A stretch of 64,000 bases of DNA from Methanobacteriota archaeon (lineage in GTDB: Archaea; Thermoplasmatota; Thermoplasmata; SG8-5; JAGLSY01): contig JAEHCQ010000002.1 of the NCBI GenBank assembly GCA_020696385.1, positions 128,001 through 192,000 on the forward strand. The letters are read 5' to 3'. Numbering within the stretch: position 1 is the first letter of the stretch; every line of letters begins with the position of its first letter. The notes beneath the pieces were generated by a model that had not been told where the DNA came from, did no database searches, and worked only from the letters and a program-made list of their open reading frames with translations. Shown one piece after another: positions 47,138 through 56,833 of the stretch. The translations under genes were made by a program, and so were the position numbers.

Positions 47138-48541
47138 ATGTCCGAAATGGCAGTAACAGAGGAGAAAAGTATCGAAAATGACAAACTCATGAACCGCTGG
47201 CTTGTGGTCGTGGGTGCTATCCTGATACAGCTGGCCCTGGGTGCGATATACTCATGGTCGGTCTTCACACCGATATTGACCAAATCCGCTGCAGATGGTG
47301 GTGAATTTTTATTCACCACCACCCAAACTCAGATGATATTCAGTGCTGGTCTGGTCACCTTCGCCCTGGTCATGGTCCTGGCTGGAAAGCTACAGGCCGT
47401 CCATGGCCCAAGAAAGATCGCCTTGATCGGCGGTGTACTTCTTGGTGTCGGTTACATCCTGGCTTCCTTTGTCGGTGATTCCTTCATCGGTATGCTTGTT
47501 ACCATTGGAATTATCGGAGGAGCAGGTATCGGAATGGCCTATGTCGTTCCTATCGCCGTCGGTATAAAATGGTTCCCGGACAAGAAAGGGCTCATATCGG
47601 GTATGGCAGTTGCTGGATTTGGATTCGGAGCCACAATATGGGTCAAGCTCGCAGGCACCTGGGGAAACCTTCTTGAGGATGTGGGACTGCACACGACTTA
47701 CTTCATATACGGTATCATATTTCTGATAATGGTGGTCATCGGTTCTCTGCTCATGGTCAATCCTCCAGAGAACTACAAACCAGCTGGATGGACACCGCCA
47801 GTAGCGAAGAAGGGTGGCCCAACCGGATACAATTACACACCAAAAGAAATGGTCAAGACAAAGCAATTTTACATGATCTGGTCCATGTTCATATTCGGAG
47901 CATTGGCCGGTCTCATGGTCATTGGTATCATCAAGCTTTTCGGAATAGACGCATTACAGGCATCTGGCAACTATACAGATGTCGAAGCCTCCGCCATTGC
48001 GGGGACAGCAATGGCGGTCTTCTACGCGATCTTCAATGGAATAGGAAGAATAGCATGGGGAGCCATAGCTGACAAGATCGGAACAAAGAAATCCCTGATG
48101 GCGATGTTCGCTTTCCAGGCACTGATGATGTTCGTCGTGTTCCAGATGGGTGGCAATGAGTACACGTTGTACGCGGCAGCTGCTTTGATCGGTTTCAATT
48201 TCGGCGGTAATTTCGCCTTATTCCCAACTACCACGGCCGAGTTCTTCGGAACAAAGACCGTGGGGCAGAATTACGGATTCGTTTTCTCCGCTTACGGTGT
48301 TGGCGGTGTCGTGGGCCCACTCATGGCAGGATATTTCAAGGACAGTGGAGTAGCAGGCGTAGATGCCTGGTATCCAGCTTTCATAATAGCTGGAATACTT
48401 TGCGTAGTTGCAGTCGTCCTCGCTCTCATGCTCTCAACACCTGAGGATCCAGAAGGAACTTCAGAGGCAGTGGCAGAAGAACCTAAGGAAGTCGCTGTAG
48501 TGGATGAAGTTGCAGATGCACCTGAGGAAGACAAGGAATAA
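47138..48541 (+). CDS. OFA-family MFS transporter (oxalate/formate antiporter-like)
   Basis: NRW...LGAIYSWS, KWFPDKKGL...GFG-x-G, NG-x-GR, GGNFALFP. Confidence 0.9.
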   Translation: MSEMAVTEEKSIENDKLMNRWLVVVGAILIQLALGAIYSWSVFTPILTKSAADGGEFLFTTTQTQMIFSAGLVTFALVMVLAGKLQAVHGPRKIALIGGVLLGVGYILASFVGDSFIGMLVTIGIIGGAGIGMAYVVPIAVGIKWFPDKKGLISGMAVAGFGFGATIWVKLAGTWGNLLEDVGLHTTYFIYGIIFLIMVVIGSLLMVNPPENYKPAGWTPPVAKKGGPTGYNYTPKEMVKTKQFYMIWSMFIFGALAGLMVIGIIKLFGIDALQASGNYTDVEASAIAGTAMAVFYAIFNGIGRIAWGAIADKIGTKKSLMAMFAFQALMMFVVFQMGGNEYTLYAAAALIGFNFGGNFALFPTTTAEFFGTKTVGQNYGFVFSAYGVGGVVGPLMAGYFKDSGVAGVDAWYPAFIIAGILCVVAVVLALMLSTPEDPEGTSEAVAEEPKEVAVVDEVADAPEEDKE

Positions 48542-48561
48542 AGAAAAAGGAGCTGAATTGG

Positions 48562-49092
48562 ATGAAACCTGTCGATGTCATGAACAAGCTCATAGAGGGT
48601 AATGGCAGGTTCATCCAGTACAATGAAGGGGAATTGGAGCAGCATGTGCATGGTCAGAGCCCCAAGGCCGCGATCCTGACATGTGCTGATTCCCGCATAG
48701 TTCCGGAATTCATCTTCGATCAGTATATTGGCGATATTTTCGTAGTGAGGGTGGCCGGTAATGTGGCCTATGATTCATCGGTCATCCAGTCCCTGGAATA
48801 TGCTGTGTCGAACCTGAAAGTGCCTCTTTTGATGATAATGGGACATACGAATTGCGGAGCTGTCGGACTTTCGGAGAAGTGCAAGGACGAGGATCTGGAT
48901 GGTGGCCCTCTCGTGGAAGAGATATGCGGTTGCTTCGAACTGAGCGATGACCATATCATAGCCAATATCCGAAGGCAATTGAAGATGCTGCCCATCAGGA
49001 GCGAGGTCATCGCCAATGCGATAAGCTCCGGGGAGCTCGCTCTCATGGGCGCTGTGTATGATCTTGCAAGCGGTCGTGTAAATTTAATTTAA
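48562..49092 (+). CDS. Beta-class carbonic anhydrase
   Basis: CADSR, RVAGN, GHTNCGA, YDL-x-SG. Confidence 0.92.
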   Translation: MKPVDVMNKLIEGNGRFIQYNEGELEQHVHGQSPKAAILTCADSRIVPEFIFDQYIGDIFVVRVAGNVAYDSSVIQSLEYAVSNLKVPLLMIMGHTNCGAVGLSEKCKDEDLDGGPLVEEICGCFELSDDHIIANIRRQLKMLPIRSEVIANAISSGELALMGAVYDLASGRVNLI

Positions 49093-49152
49093 GTGGGGAA
49101 ATATATTTATCATCCAAGTGCCATATACCTTTCACTTGTCGGATGGTGAAAG

Positions 49153-50034
49153 ATGGGACATAGTGTGCGTAAGATACCAACAGCGGTAGCTGATTTTGAT
49201 GCCATAGTGCATGGAGGACTTCCAGAGGGATCGGTAGTTCTATTACTTGGGGATCTGGGAGCTGGCCAGCAGGAATTCGCCTATACTTCCGCCTCGAAAC
49301 TGTCCATCGTGAAAGAGCATCCAATGTTATTCGAGAATTATTGCGGCGCTTACTGCGATATAGCCGGCTTGCCAGAAAAAATATGCTATATCTCATTTTC
49401 AAGACCAAAAGAAGATATTCTCAGGGAGATCAGCAGCTCCTTCAATCAGGATTATCACGATGCCTTGAAGAGAAAATTGATCTTCAAGGATCTTTCAGCC
49501 AGTTATTTCAGCAAGACCATAGTGCCTTCCTCATGGACCCACAATGATCCAGATAAGGAGAAGGATAATGGCAATGGAGGCGCTGATGAATTCCTGGTCT
49601 TCACCAGCTCGCCAAAAGAATCGGTACTGGAATCCCTGGTGAACTTTCTGGATGAGAATGCCCAGGACTCCATGATAATTATAGATTCATTGACAGACCT
49701 GGTGGTCAGCGGAACTGTAGATATTTTAGAGCTCATAGGGGTTCTTAGAGGTATCCAGAGAGCGGCCAAGAGGTGGAATGGAGTGATATACCTTCTTCTG
49801 ACAAGGGATGTGATGGACAAGCAGAAGGAGCAGATGATACTGGATAGTGTTGATGGTGTCCTGACATTCGAATGGAGCCATTACCTAAGAAGCACGAAGA
49901 GGCAGAGGTATCTGTACATTGAGAAATTCATGAGCATTTTGCCTCATATTGAAAATGATAGGATGATAAAATTCCCTACGAGGGTGAGTGCCAGTAGTGG
50001 TATCACTGTCGTGAATATGGAGGTCATCGCGTGA
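49153..50034 (+). CDS. KaiC-like ATPase 3 (degenerate Walker A)
   Basis: IPT-x-x-x-DFD...GGLP-x-G, GDLGAGQQ lacking Lys, IDSL, VDGV. Confidence 0.8.
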   Translation: MGHSVRKIPTAVADFDAIVHGGLPEGSVVLLLGDLGAGQQEFAYTSASKLSIVKEHPMLFENYCGAYCDIAGLPEKICYISFSRPKEDILREISSSFNQDYHDALKRKLIFKDLSASYFSKTIVPSSWTHNDPDKEKDNGNGGADEFLVFTSSPKESVLESLVNFLDENAQDSMIIIDSLTDLVVSGTVDILELIGVLRGIQRAAKRWNGVIYLLLTRDVMDKQKEQMILDSVDGVLTFEWSHYLRSTKRQRYLYIEKFMSILPHIENDRMIKFPTRVSASSGITVVNMEVIA

Positions 50035-50127
50035 TTTTTTTAAAATCATTTAATGACCTCTCAGAAGTGGAGGTCATCGCGTGATATCAAAGATACCAAC
50101 GAATGACCTATCAGAAACGGAGGTCAT
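50018..50127 (+). repeat. 50-bp-period repeat with a hairpin covering the SD sequence
   Basis: GGAGGTCAT at 50019, 50069, 50119; AATGACCT at 50052 and 50102. Confidence 0.8.
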
Positions 50128-50130
50128 ATA

Positions 50131-50832
50131 ATGTCCGAAAATAAAGTTATAACAGGAATCCAGGGATTGGATCAGATGATCGCGAGTGGTATCCCAAGTG
50201 GGCATATAATCGCATTATTGGGTTCATGCGGAACCGGAAAGACCACCCTTTCCCTCCAGTATGCGTGGAATGGACTGGCCTTGGGAGAAAAGGCCATATT
50301 CATAAGCCTGGAGGAAAATGAAGAGGCTATCAAGAAGAATGCCATCAATTATGGATGGGATCTTCAGCCACATATTGACAATAAAAATCTTCTATTGGTC
50401 AAGCTGGAGCCAGCAGATGCGAAGAACACGATCACGAAGATCAAAAGTGAATTGCCGCGCATCATCGAGAACTTTGGAGCAAAAAGAGTGGTATTGGATT
50501 CGGTCTCCCTTCTGAGTATGCTATTCGACGACGAGGCCGAGAAAAGAACAAATCTATTCAATTTGTGCAAGCAGATCAAAGACAGTGGAGCGACAGCGGT
50601 GTTCACTGCTGAAGTTAAAGAAAACAATCCACTGGCCTCAAGAGATGGACTTGTCGAATACGTGGCCGATGGCGTGATATCTCTGAAGTACACGGAGACT
50701 GATGATGGCAATGATGTTCAATTGTCTATAAGGATTATCAAAATGAGAAGGGCCAGACATGAGAGAAAGATCAAGCCCTATTCGATAACTCAGAATGGAA
50801 TTGAAGTTCATTCACAGGCTGAAATGTTCTAA
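50131..50832 (+). CDS. KaiC-like ATPase 4 (single domain, canonical)
   Basis: TGIQGLD, GSCGTGKT, SLEE, LDSV, ADGVI, KMR. Confidence 0.92.
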   Translation: MSENKVITGIQGLDQMIASGIPSGHIIALLGSCGTGKTTLSLQYAWNGLALGEKAIFISLEENEEAIKKNAINYGWDLQPHIDNKNLLLVKLEPADAKNTITKIKSELPRIIENFGAKRVVLDSVSLLSMLFDDEAEKRTNLFNLCKQIKDSGATAVFTAEVKENNPLASRDGLVEYVADGVISLKYTETDDGNDVQLSIRIIKMRRARHERKIKPYSITQNGIEVHSQAEMF

Positions 50833-50981
50833 ACAACCGAATCCTAAAGGTTACGAATGTTTAGATTCAAAGGCCATAGTCCCAAACTCGCAGAGTTAGA
50901 GCCTCTGCGTTCAGATAATAAAACATTGATGGGACTACGGCATCCGACTACTCATTATGCGTTGGCTCAAATTATTGAGAT

Positions 50982-51287
50982 TCAGTATTCCCGCCAGCTG
51001 GCGGAGCACTTGACACACCGGTATATCCTGGTCTCTGGCTCATCAGAAGCACGTGTCTGTCTTAGCACGAAAAATGCCTCATTATGCCCACATTTTGGAC
51101 ATTCTGCCTTGGTTTTGGGCAGAGTGGCAGTGTCCTCGGTTATCACCATCATCTCTTTTTCTTCATGCATTTTGGTGACTATCTTGGTGCTGGCCTTTGA
51201 TTTACTCTTACCCGAGTAACCACATCTCTTGCATGTCAGCACACCTTCCATAGGGAACATCATTGATTTGCATTCTGGACAGAACAT
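50982..51287 (-). CDS. tfs: Transcription elongation factor TFS
   Basis: FCPEC...C-x-x-C and CPKC...QTRASDEP-x-T-x-x-Y-x-C-x-x-C. Confidence 0.95.
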   Translation of the reverse strand: MFCPECKSMMFPMEGVLTCKRCGYSGKSKSKASTKIVTKMHEEKEMMVITEDTATLPKTKAECPKCGHNEAFFVLRQTRASDEPETRIYRCVKCSASWREY

Positions 51288-51355
51288 ATTATCTCCACCT
51301 CATGTAGTGCTACCAAGAATAAAAAACTATTCCCCAATGGGATTGGTCTGGGAAT

Positions 51356-51593
51356 GGGTGTCCCTCGACATCGGAGTTCCCTGAGTAATAGGGTAGGAAC
51401 TCTAAAGCCAAGGTCTGAATGTAGAATAGGGGTGTCCCTCGACATCGGAGTTCCCTGAGTAATAGGGTAGGAACTCTAAAGCCAAGGTCTGAATGTAGAA
51501 TAGGGGTGTCCCTCGACATCGGAGTTCCCTGAGTAATAGGGTAGGAACTCTAATGCCAAGGTCTGAATGTAGAATAGGGGTGTCCCTCGACAT
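51356..51593. repeat. 74-bp tandem repeat, ~3.2 copies
   Basis: GGGTGTCCCTCGACAT at 51356, 51430, 51504, 51578; one substitution among full copies; internal GAGTTCC/GGAACTC hairpin. Confidence 0.95.
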
Positions 51594-51778
51594 TAACAGT
51601 TCGCTTCATGGCAAGCTTAGCTCTCTCCGCAACCTGACCCAGCCGAGGGATTGTTGGTTGCCTGGGTTGTCCTTCATTCATCCACAGACGACACGTCTTT
51701 GTTGTGAAGGGACCCTTTAAAGGCAATCTGCCCCTGCTTTGCTCCATAGATCACTGAATCACCATGGTCTTCTTGGCA
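51554..51778. ncRNA. Putative structured non-coding RNA of unknown family
   Basis: Nested helices found by eye: 51554-60/51772-78, 51569-81/51730-42, 51582-89/51644-51, 51656-63/51721-28, 51664-76/51705-15. Confidence 0.4.
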
Positions 51779-51936
51779 CGGACATAATTGTACATAGCGA
51801 CTGATGTGTCATAAGTCTTTCTATGAGATTGATAAACACCACTTACCAGAAAGGCATTTATACAGGAGGTCTATTTTCCACCCAATCTGAAATGACAGTC
51901 GTATCAGATACTGTCATCAGGATGGGAGACTATATT

Positions 51937-52521
51937 ATGTCTGATAATAAAAGTGAAGTTACATTAAATACAGCAGAGCCAGCAGCATTGGGTCTGTTCG
52001 GATTGGCATTGGTGACAATTGTCGCCGCTTCCCAGAAGATGGGATGGAGTGCGGGTTATGAAGGATTGATCCCATGGGTGATATTCCTGGGAGCCATCGC
52101 ACAGCTTATAACAGCCAGTGTGGAGTTCAAGAGATGCAATGTGTTTGGAGCAACGGTCTTCAGTGCCTATGGTCTGTTCTGGCTAGCAATTGGCTGGACC
52201 TGGCAAATGGGAGTTCCGAGTCCTGATCAATTAGGATTCGCCGTATTGGGATACCTGATCTTCAGCCTATTCACGACATACGCTGCTGGAGCCATTAACA
52301 AGTCGTTCCTGGTCATCATGATATTCATCGACCTGTTGCTGTTCTTCCTGCTGCTCCAGATATTCTTCGGACTTGACGGACGCCTTGCGGGAATCGCCGA
52401 GCTTGCAGTATCTGCCAGTGCTTTCTACACATCCGCAGCCGTCATGCTCAAGAGTGTGGCTGGCTTCGAGGTGCTTCCATTCGGAGCACCGGCCTGGAAG
52501 CTGAAGAAATTCGATCTGTAA
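51937..52521 (+). CDS. satP: Acetate uptake transporter (SatP/YaaH/GPR1-FUN34 family)
   Basis: AEPAALGLFG, G-x-x-AQL, FGATVFSAYGLFW; ATG at 51937. Confidence 0.85.
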   Translation: MSDNKSEVTLNTAEPAALGLFGLALVTIVAASQKMGWSAGYEGLIPWVIFLGAIAQLITASVEFKRCNVFGATVFSAYGLFWLAIGWTWQMGVPSPDQLGFAVLGYLIFSLFTTYAAGAINKSFLVIMIFIDLLLFFLLLQIFFGLDGRLAGIAELAVSASAFYTSAAVMLKSVAGFEVLPFGAPAWKLKKFDL

Positions 52522-52552
52522 ATTAGTATATCACATATCGAAAAAACAATGT

Positions 52553-52579
52553 GAGCCAGCGGGTTAAAACCGCTGGCTC
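52553..52579. terminator. Stem-loop terminator
   Basis: GAGCCAGCGG / CCGCTGGCTC followed by T tracts. Confidence 0.65.
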
Positions 52580-52654
52580 TCCCTTTTACCTTTTATTGTT
52601 TTATTATTAACGCATGAGCCTACTTGCTCGGTAAGTTGAATAATTAATGATAAT

Positions 52655-52861
52655 TCAATCTTTTTTGTTAATACCCTTCTCAATCTCTGCCGTCTGAGCC
52701 TTCACCCACATCACCGGCGCGATCATCTGAATGATCATAAGGAAAATAAGCTCCACAAAGACCTGGGGCCAATTATCCTGACCCATCAGGAGGCCTATAT
52801 GCACCCCGATGGGTGTCGCGAGAGCGTAGCATGCTCCAGTTACGAGAAGGTATTTGTTCAT
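52655..52861 (-). CDS. Small two-TM hypothetical protein
   Basis: 68-aa ORF with two hydrophobic segments filling an intergenic gap. Confidence 0.55.
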   Translation of the reverse strand: MNKYLLVTGACYALATPIGVHIGLLMGQDNWPQVFVELIFLMIIQMIAPVMWVKAQTAEIEKGINKKD

Positions 52862-52975
52862 CGAGTGGGGGATTATGAACCCGGATATATAGTTTCTCGA
52901 ATTCAGGGAAAAATCCGTAATGTTAATTAGTCAAGGATACATTCCCGAAAAAATCAACAGAAAGGTTGGATTAAA

Positions 52976-54604
52976 ATGACATACGATCATGAAAAGACTT
53001 ACAATGAATGGAAATGGGACCTCCCAGATTCCTTCAATATGGGATACGACTGTGCTGACAAACACGTGGCTGCTGGTAATGGCGGTAGAACCGCCCTTAT
53101 CTACGAGGATGACAAGGGGAATGGTAAGACCTACACCTTCGCCCAGATGAAAGAGCTCAGCGACAAGTTCGGAAACATCCTGAGAGACCTGGGATTGGGC
53201 AAGGGCGATAGATTTCTAATTCGATTGCCCAATGTGCCAGAGTTCCAGATAGCTTTCCTGGGCGGGCTTAAGATCGGCGCAGTTCCAATACCTTCATCCT
53301 GCATGTTCAAGCCACATGAGGTGGAATACAGATTGGTAGATGCGAAGGCCAAGTTGGCCATAGCCGTACCCGAGTACATGGCGGCTATTGACGAGGTCAA
53401 GGGAAATTGTCCAGACCTGAAGAATATCATCACTGTTGGCGAGGCTACAGATGGTAAACTATCCTTCGAGGAACTGATGGAAAAAGCTTCACCAGACCTC
53501 GTGATGGAAGACACAAAATACGATGACATGGCCTTCTTCTGCTACACATCTGGAACCACCGGACCTCCAAAAGGAGCCGTGCACCTTCACAGATGGACCA
53601 TCGGAAACGACCCTAGCGCGATGTTCTGGAACCATTACCAGGAAGGGGACATATTGGGTCACACCGGGGACTTGAACTGGATATTCCCTCTGGGAAACGG
53701 CTTCCTGTACGCGTGGAGGCATGGTATGACCACCTTCATTTACAACGGCAGGTTCAGCCCGGAAGTGTGGTTCGACCTTATTCAGAAGCACAAGATCACC
53801 AACCTGGCTTCTGTTCCAACTTGCTACAGGATGTTCATGCAGCTGGAAGATTTTGATAAGAAATGGGATCTCTCATCCCTCAGGCACTGCATAAGTGCGG
53901 GCGAGCCTCTCAATCCCGAGGTTGTCACAGGTTGGAAAAAGATACTGGGTATCGATATTTTGGATGGAATAGGAATGACCGAGTGCATGGTGTATCTCTC
54001 CAATCAGAGGGATATGATGATCAAGCCAGGCTCTTGCGGCAAGCCACAACCAGGCCACAAATGCGCCATCGTTGATGAGAATGGAGTGCCACTTGGCCCA
54101 AGAACGGAAGGAACACTGGCCATCAGCGCTGATGATCCCGGACTTCTGAAGGAATACTGGAACAAGCCAGAGAAAACAGCCGAGGGTTTCAAGAACGGCT
54201 GGTTCCTGACTGGCGATACTCTTTACACCGACGAAGATGGATACTACTGGTTCGCCGGAAGAGGCGATGACCTGATCATGACAGCCGGATACCGAGTATC
54301 TCCATTCGATGTCGAGAGTGCGGTGAACAGCCACCCAGCAGTTTTAGAGTCCGCTGCGGTTGCTTCCCCTGATGAGATCCGCGGAGTTATCGTGAAATCA
54401 TTCATCATCCTTAACCCGGAATTCGAGGCAAGTGACGAGCTGGCCAATGAGATCCAAGCTCACACCAAGGCCATGATCGCGGCTTACGAGTACCCGCGAG
54501 TGATCGAGTTCGCCAAGGAGCTTCCAAAGACCCCGAGTGGAAAAACAAAGAGAAAGGTTCTCAGGGAAATGGAGAATGAGAAGTTCGCCAAAGCGAAACA
54601 ATGA
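52976..54604 (+). CDS. AMP-forming acyl-CoA synthetase (acetate/short-chain)
   Basis: YTSGTTGPPKG, SAGEPL, GMTE, TGD, GR-x-DD, LPKTPSGK. Confidence 0.93.
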   Translation: MTYDHEKTYNEWKWDLPDSFNMGYDCADKHVAAGNGGRTALIYEDDKGNGKTYTFAQMKELSDKFGNILRDLGLGKGDRFLIRLPNVPEFQIAFLGGLKIGAVPIPSSCMFKPHEVEYRLVDAKAKLAIAVPEYMAAIDEVKGNCPDLKNIITVGEATDGKLSFEELMEKASPDLVMEDTKYDDMAFFCYTSGTTGPPKGAVHLHRWTIGNDPSAMFWNHYQEGDILGHTGDLNWIFPLGNGFLYAWRHGMTTFIYNGRFSPEVWFDLIQKHKITNLASVPTCYRMFMQLEDFDKKWDLSSLRHCISAGEPLNPEVVTGWKKILGIDILDGIGMTECMVYLSNQRDMMIKPGSCGKPQPGHKCAIVDENGVPLGPRTEGTLAISADDPGLLKEYWNKPEKTAEGFKNGWFLTGDTLYTDEDGYYWFAGRGDDLIMTAGYRVSPFDVESAVNSHPAVLESAAVASPDEIRGVIVKSFIILNPEFEASDELANEIQAHTKAMIAAYEYPRVIEFAKELPKTPSGKTKRKVLREMENEKFAKAKQ

Positions 54605-54633
54605 TTCGATAATATTTTAAAAAAATAAAGGTG

Positions 54634-54659
54634 CCAGGCTGCCATCATAAGCAGCCTGG
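54634..54659. terminator. Stem-loop between convergent genes
   Basis: CCAGGCTGC / GCAGCCTGG with flanking A and T tracts. Confidence 0.65.
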
Positions 54660-54689
54660 TCATTTTTTGTTAGAAATCAGGCCGTGCCT

Positions 54690-55673
54690 TCAGGCAATGC
54701 TCTCTTCTATTCCTTCTCCAAGTATCTGAAGTAATTCCTCGCCATAGGTAGCCGCCTTGACCTCCCCTATGCCGTATATTTCCTTCAGGCTTTCCAGAGT
54801 CTTTGGATTCCTGATGGCCAGATCCTCAATGGTCTTGTTCTGGAGCACGATGTACAGGGGAACGCCGATCTCATTGGATCTGAACTTCCTCCATTCTCTC
54901 AGCTTCTCGAACCTGCTGGATATCTCTGCCGCATCGGTGGCATTGTTGATGTGGCCAAGGCGAATATCCGCACCTGTTTCGAAATCCTCCAGTGTCTCAT
55001 CGCCTTTTGGTGTGATGGTGATGCACGGGTACTGCTGATCCTCTGGTATATCGAGATACTTCTCATCAATGAGCCAGTCTATCAGAATGAGTATTTCTTT
55101 CTGTGAAAGGCCACGAGCTACACCATATGATCGAAGCTCGTCAATGCCCATTGTCAACACACACCTGGATGTTGAGCCATTCAGGAGCCTGGCGAACCTC
55201 ACCCGGCCATACTGGCCGTTCATCTCACTGACCGATCTCAATATGGTCAGTGCCAGGCTGTCGATGTCCTGCTTTCCCGGTACTCCGCACATTCCGTGGA
55301 TCTCTTCAAATCTCAATGACAGGTATTGACCATCATCCGTGGAGGCTATGAGTTCTATCTCAGCATCCACCATGTTCCTAGACATGGATGTTTCAGCTCC
55401 AGCACCTATGTAGCATATGGGGCGGATACCCTGGCTGAGGTTCTGAACGATCACGCTACCATTGGGGCGGACCAGTGCCATCATCTCTCCAGCAAACTCC
55501 TTTGATACATCTTCATTATGATAGTCTCCCAAGGCGGACCCTATCACGACGATGGTCTGGAGATTGGTGCTGGATTCCGAGCTTTCATTCCTGATGCTCT
55601 GATCGGCGGATGTCGCTGTGTTCGTGTTCTCGTTCTCTTTGCTTGCGTTTGTGTTCTCTGTTTTGGTTTTCAT
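54690..55673 (-). CDS. NucS N-terminal-like + RQC winged helix + HRDC domain protein
   Basis: LVRPNGSVIVQ...RPICY (NucS-N like); ILRSV...YG...LLNGS...YG...LIDEKYL (RQC); LREWR...VPLYIV...P...GIGEVKA-x-x-YGEE (HRDC); ATG at 55673 with GGTGA SD. Confidence 0.8.
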   Translation of the reverse strand: MKTKTENTNASKENENTNTATSADQSIRNESSESSTNLQTIVVIGSALGDYHNEDVSKEFAGEMMALVRPNGSVIVQNLSQGIRPICYIGAGAETSMSRNMVDAEIELIASTDDGQYLSLRFEEIHGMCGVPGKQDIDSLALTILRSVSEMNGQYGRVRFARLLNGSTSRCVLTMGIDELRSYGVARGLSQKEILILIDWLIDEKYLDIPEDQQYPCITITPKGDETLEDFETGADIRLGHINNATDAAEISSRFEKLREWRKFRSNEIGVPLYIVLQNKTIEDLAIRNPKTLESLKEIYGIGEVKAATYGEELLQILGEGIEESIA

Positions 55674-55908
55674 TTTATCACCATTTTTTTGTACTTCTGT
55701 TTCGAAGCTTGAGACCGAATCTGTGCCTGGAGTACTTAATAAAAGAGAATACAGCAATACTACATGTAGGAAAATTTGATGCTTATGACGGTAAAATATC
55801 ATGATTATAATGTAATTTAATGCAATGGTATGATGATATTATGATATGATGATATGATAATTAGCTATGATGAGATAACTATGTAAAAATTATAGGTTCG
55901 GGTCAGGT

Positions 55909-56619
55909 TCAATTATCGTCCCTGACACGCTCTTTGAGAAGCCTGAGCATTATCCTGGCCCCATCTGAGAATGAGTTCAGTTTGGTCTCGTTCGGGCGGC
56001 ATTTGTAGGCGATTGGTATTTCCACTACCTTGAAACCGTTCTTGATACACTTCGTGTACATCTCGGCCTCGATGTCGAAATTATCCGCATCCAGATCCAA
56101 ACTATCTATGACCTCTTCCTTGAATCCCCATAATCCAGTACACACATCGGATGCCTTGTGACCATTGGGGAATAGGAGATTGGCGGTAATGTTAATAGCA
56201 CGGTTGCCAACATAATTAAGTGTGGACATCGCACCTCTTTGAACTGAGCCATTTAGCCTGGAGCCAAGCACGACATCACATCCATTCTCAAGAAGAGGCA
56301 GCATCGTGAGTATCTCTTCTGGATTGTATGTGTCATCAGCATCCAGCATGAAAAGGAATCTTCCTTCGAAGCCTTCGAAGGCAGTTTGAACAGCATCTCC
56401 CTTTCCTTTTCCTTTTTGTTGTAAAAGTCTAGCACCCTTGGAGATTGCGATCTTCCCGGTATTGTCCGTGCTATTGCCATCGACCACGACGATATTCACA
56501 TCATAGCCTCTGGACTTTATCTGTTCTAAGGGAATCCTATCTATCACTGCTCCAATGGTTTCTGCCTCATTCAGGGCAGGTAATAGAATACATATTGTAT
56601 TGTCGTGCATATGTTCCAT
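55909..56619 (-). CDS. Glycosyltransferase family 2 (dolichol-phosphate mannose synthase-like)
   Basis: PALNE, VVDGNSTD, GKG, DAD, GSR, E-x-PI-x-Y-x-x-R. Confidence 0.9.
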   Translation of the reverse strand: MEHMHDNTICILLPALNEAETIGAVIDRIPLEQIKSRGYDVNIVVVDGNSTDNTGKIAISKGARLLQQKGKGKGDAVQTAFEGFEGRFLFMLDADDTYNPEEILTMLPLLENGCDVVLGSRLNGSVQRGAMSTLNYVGNRAINITANLLFPNGHKASDVCTGLWGFKEEVIDSLDLDADNFDIEAEMYTKCIKNGFKVVEIPIAYKCRPNETKLNSFSDGARIMLRLLKERVRDDN

Positions 56620-56833
56620 CCCAATTTCCCCTAAATTGTGATAATATATAAATATATCTGCATTGTAATAACTGTTTAGCATTAAATAATCAAGAGATAT
56701 GGTGTAAAATTAATGTGGATTCAGTGTATGTTTTGTAGTTATCGAAAATAGATTGCCAAAAGTTTTATATATTGGGGTGCGTATGATGTAATATAAGGTT
56801 TACAACAACAGGTTGCTAACCAAAGGTGAGTGA

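Noticed and set aside
50018-50130. Mini-CRISPR
   Set aside because: Only ~2.5 imperfect units with 16-nt spacers; the first unit is part of a coding 3' end.
17996-50832. Circadian clock (kaiABC)
   Set aside because: All the ATPases are single-domain, with no kaiA or kaiB; they belong to the broader archaeal KaiC-like family.
51356-51593. CRISPR array
   Set aside because: The units are essentially identical over the full 74 bp with no variable spacers, and no cas genes are in the window.
51260-51593. Three similar short ORFs (MSRDTPILHSD...)
   Set aside because: Products of the 74-bp repeat shifting frame; no evidence of coding.
51554-51778. RNase P RNA or SAM/glycine riboswitch
   Set aside because: Lacks the GAGGAAAGUC and CR-V RNase P signatures; only isolated words (GGCAACC, GGAGAGA) resemble riboswitch motifs.
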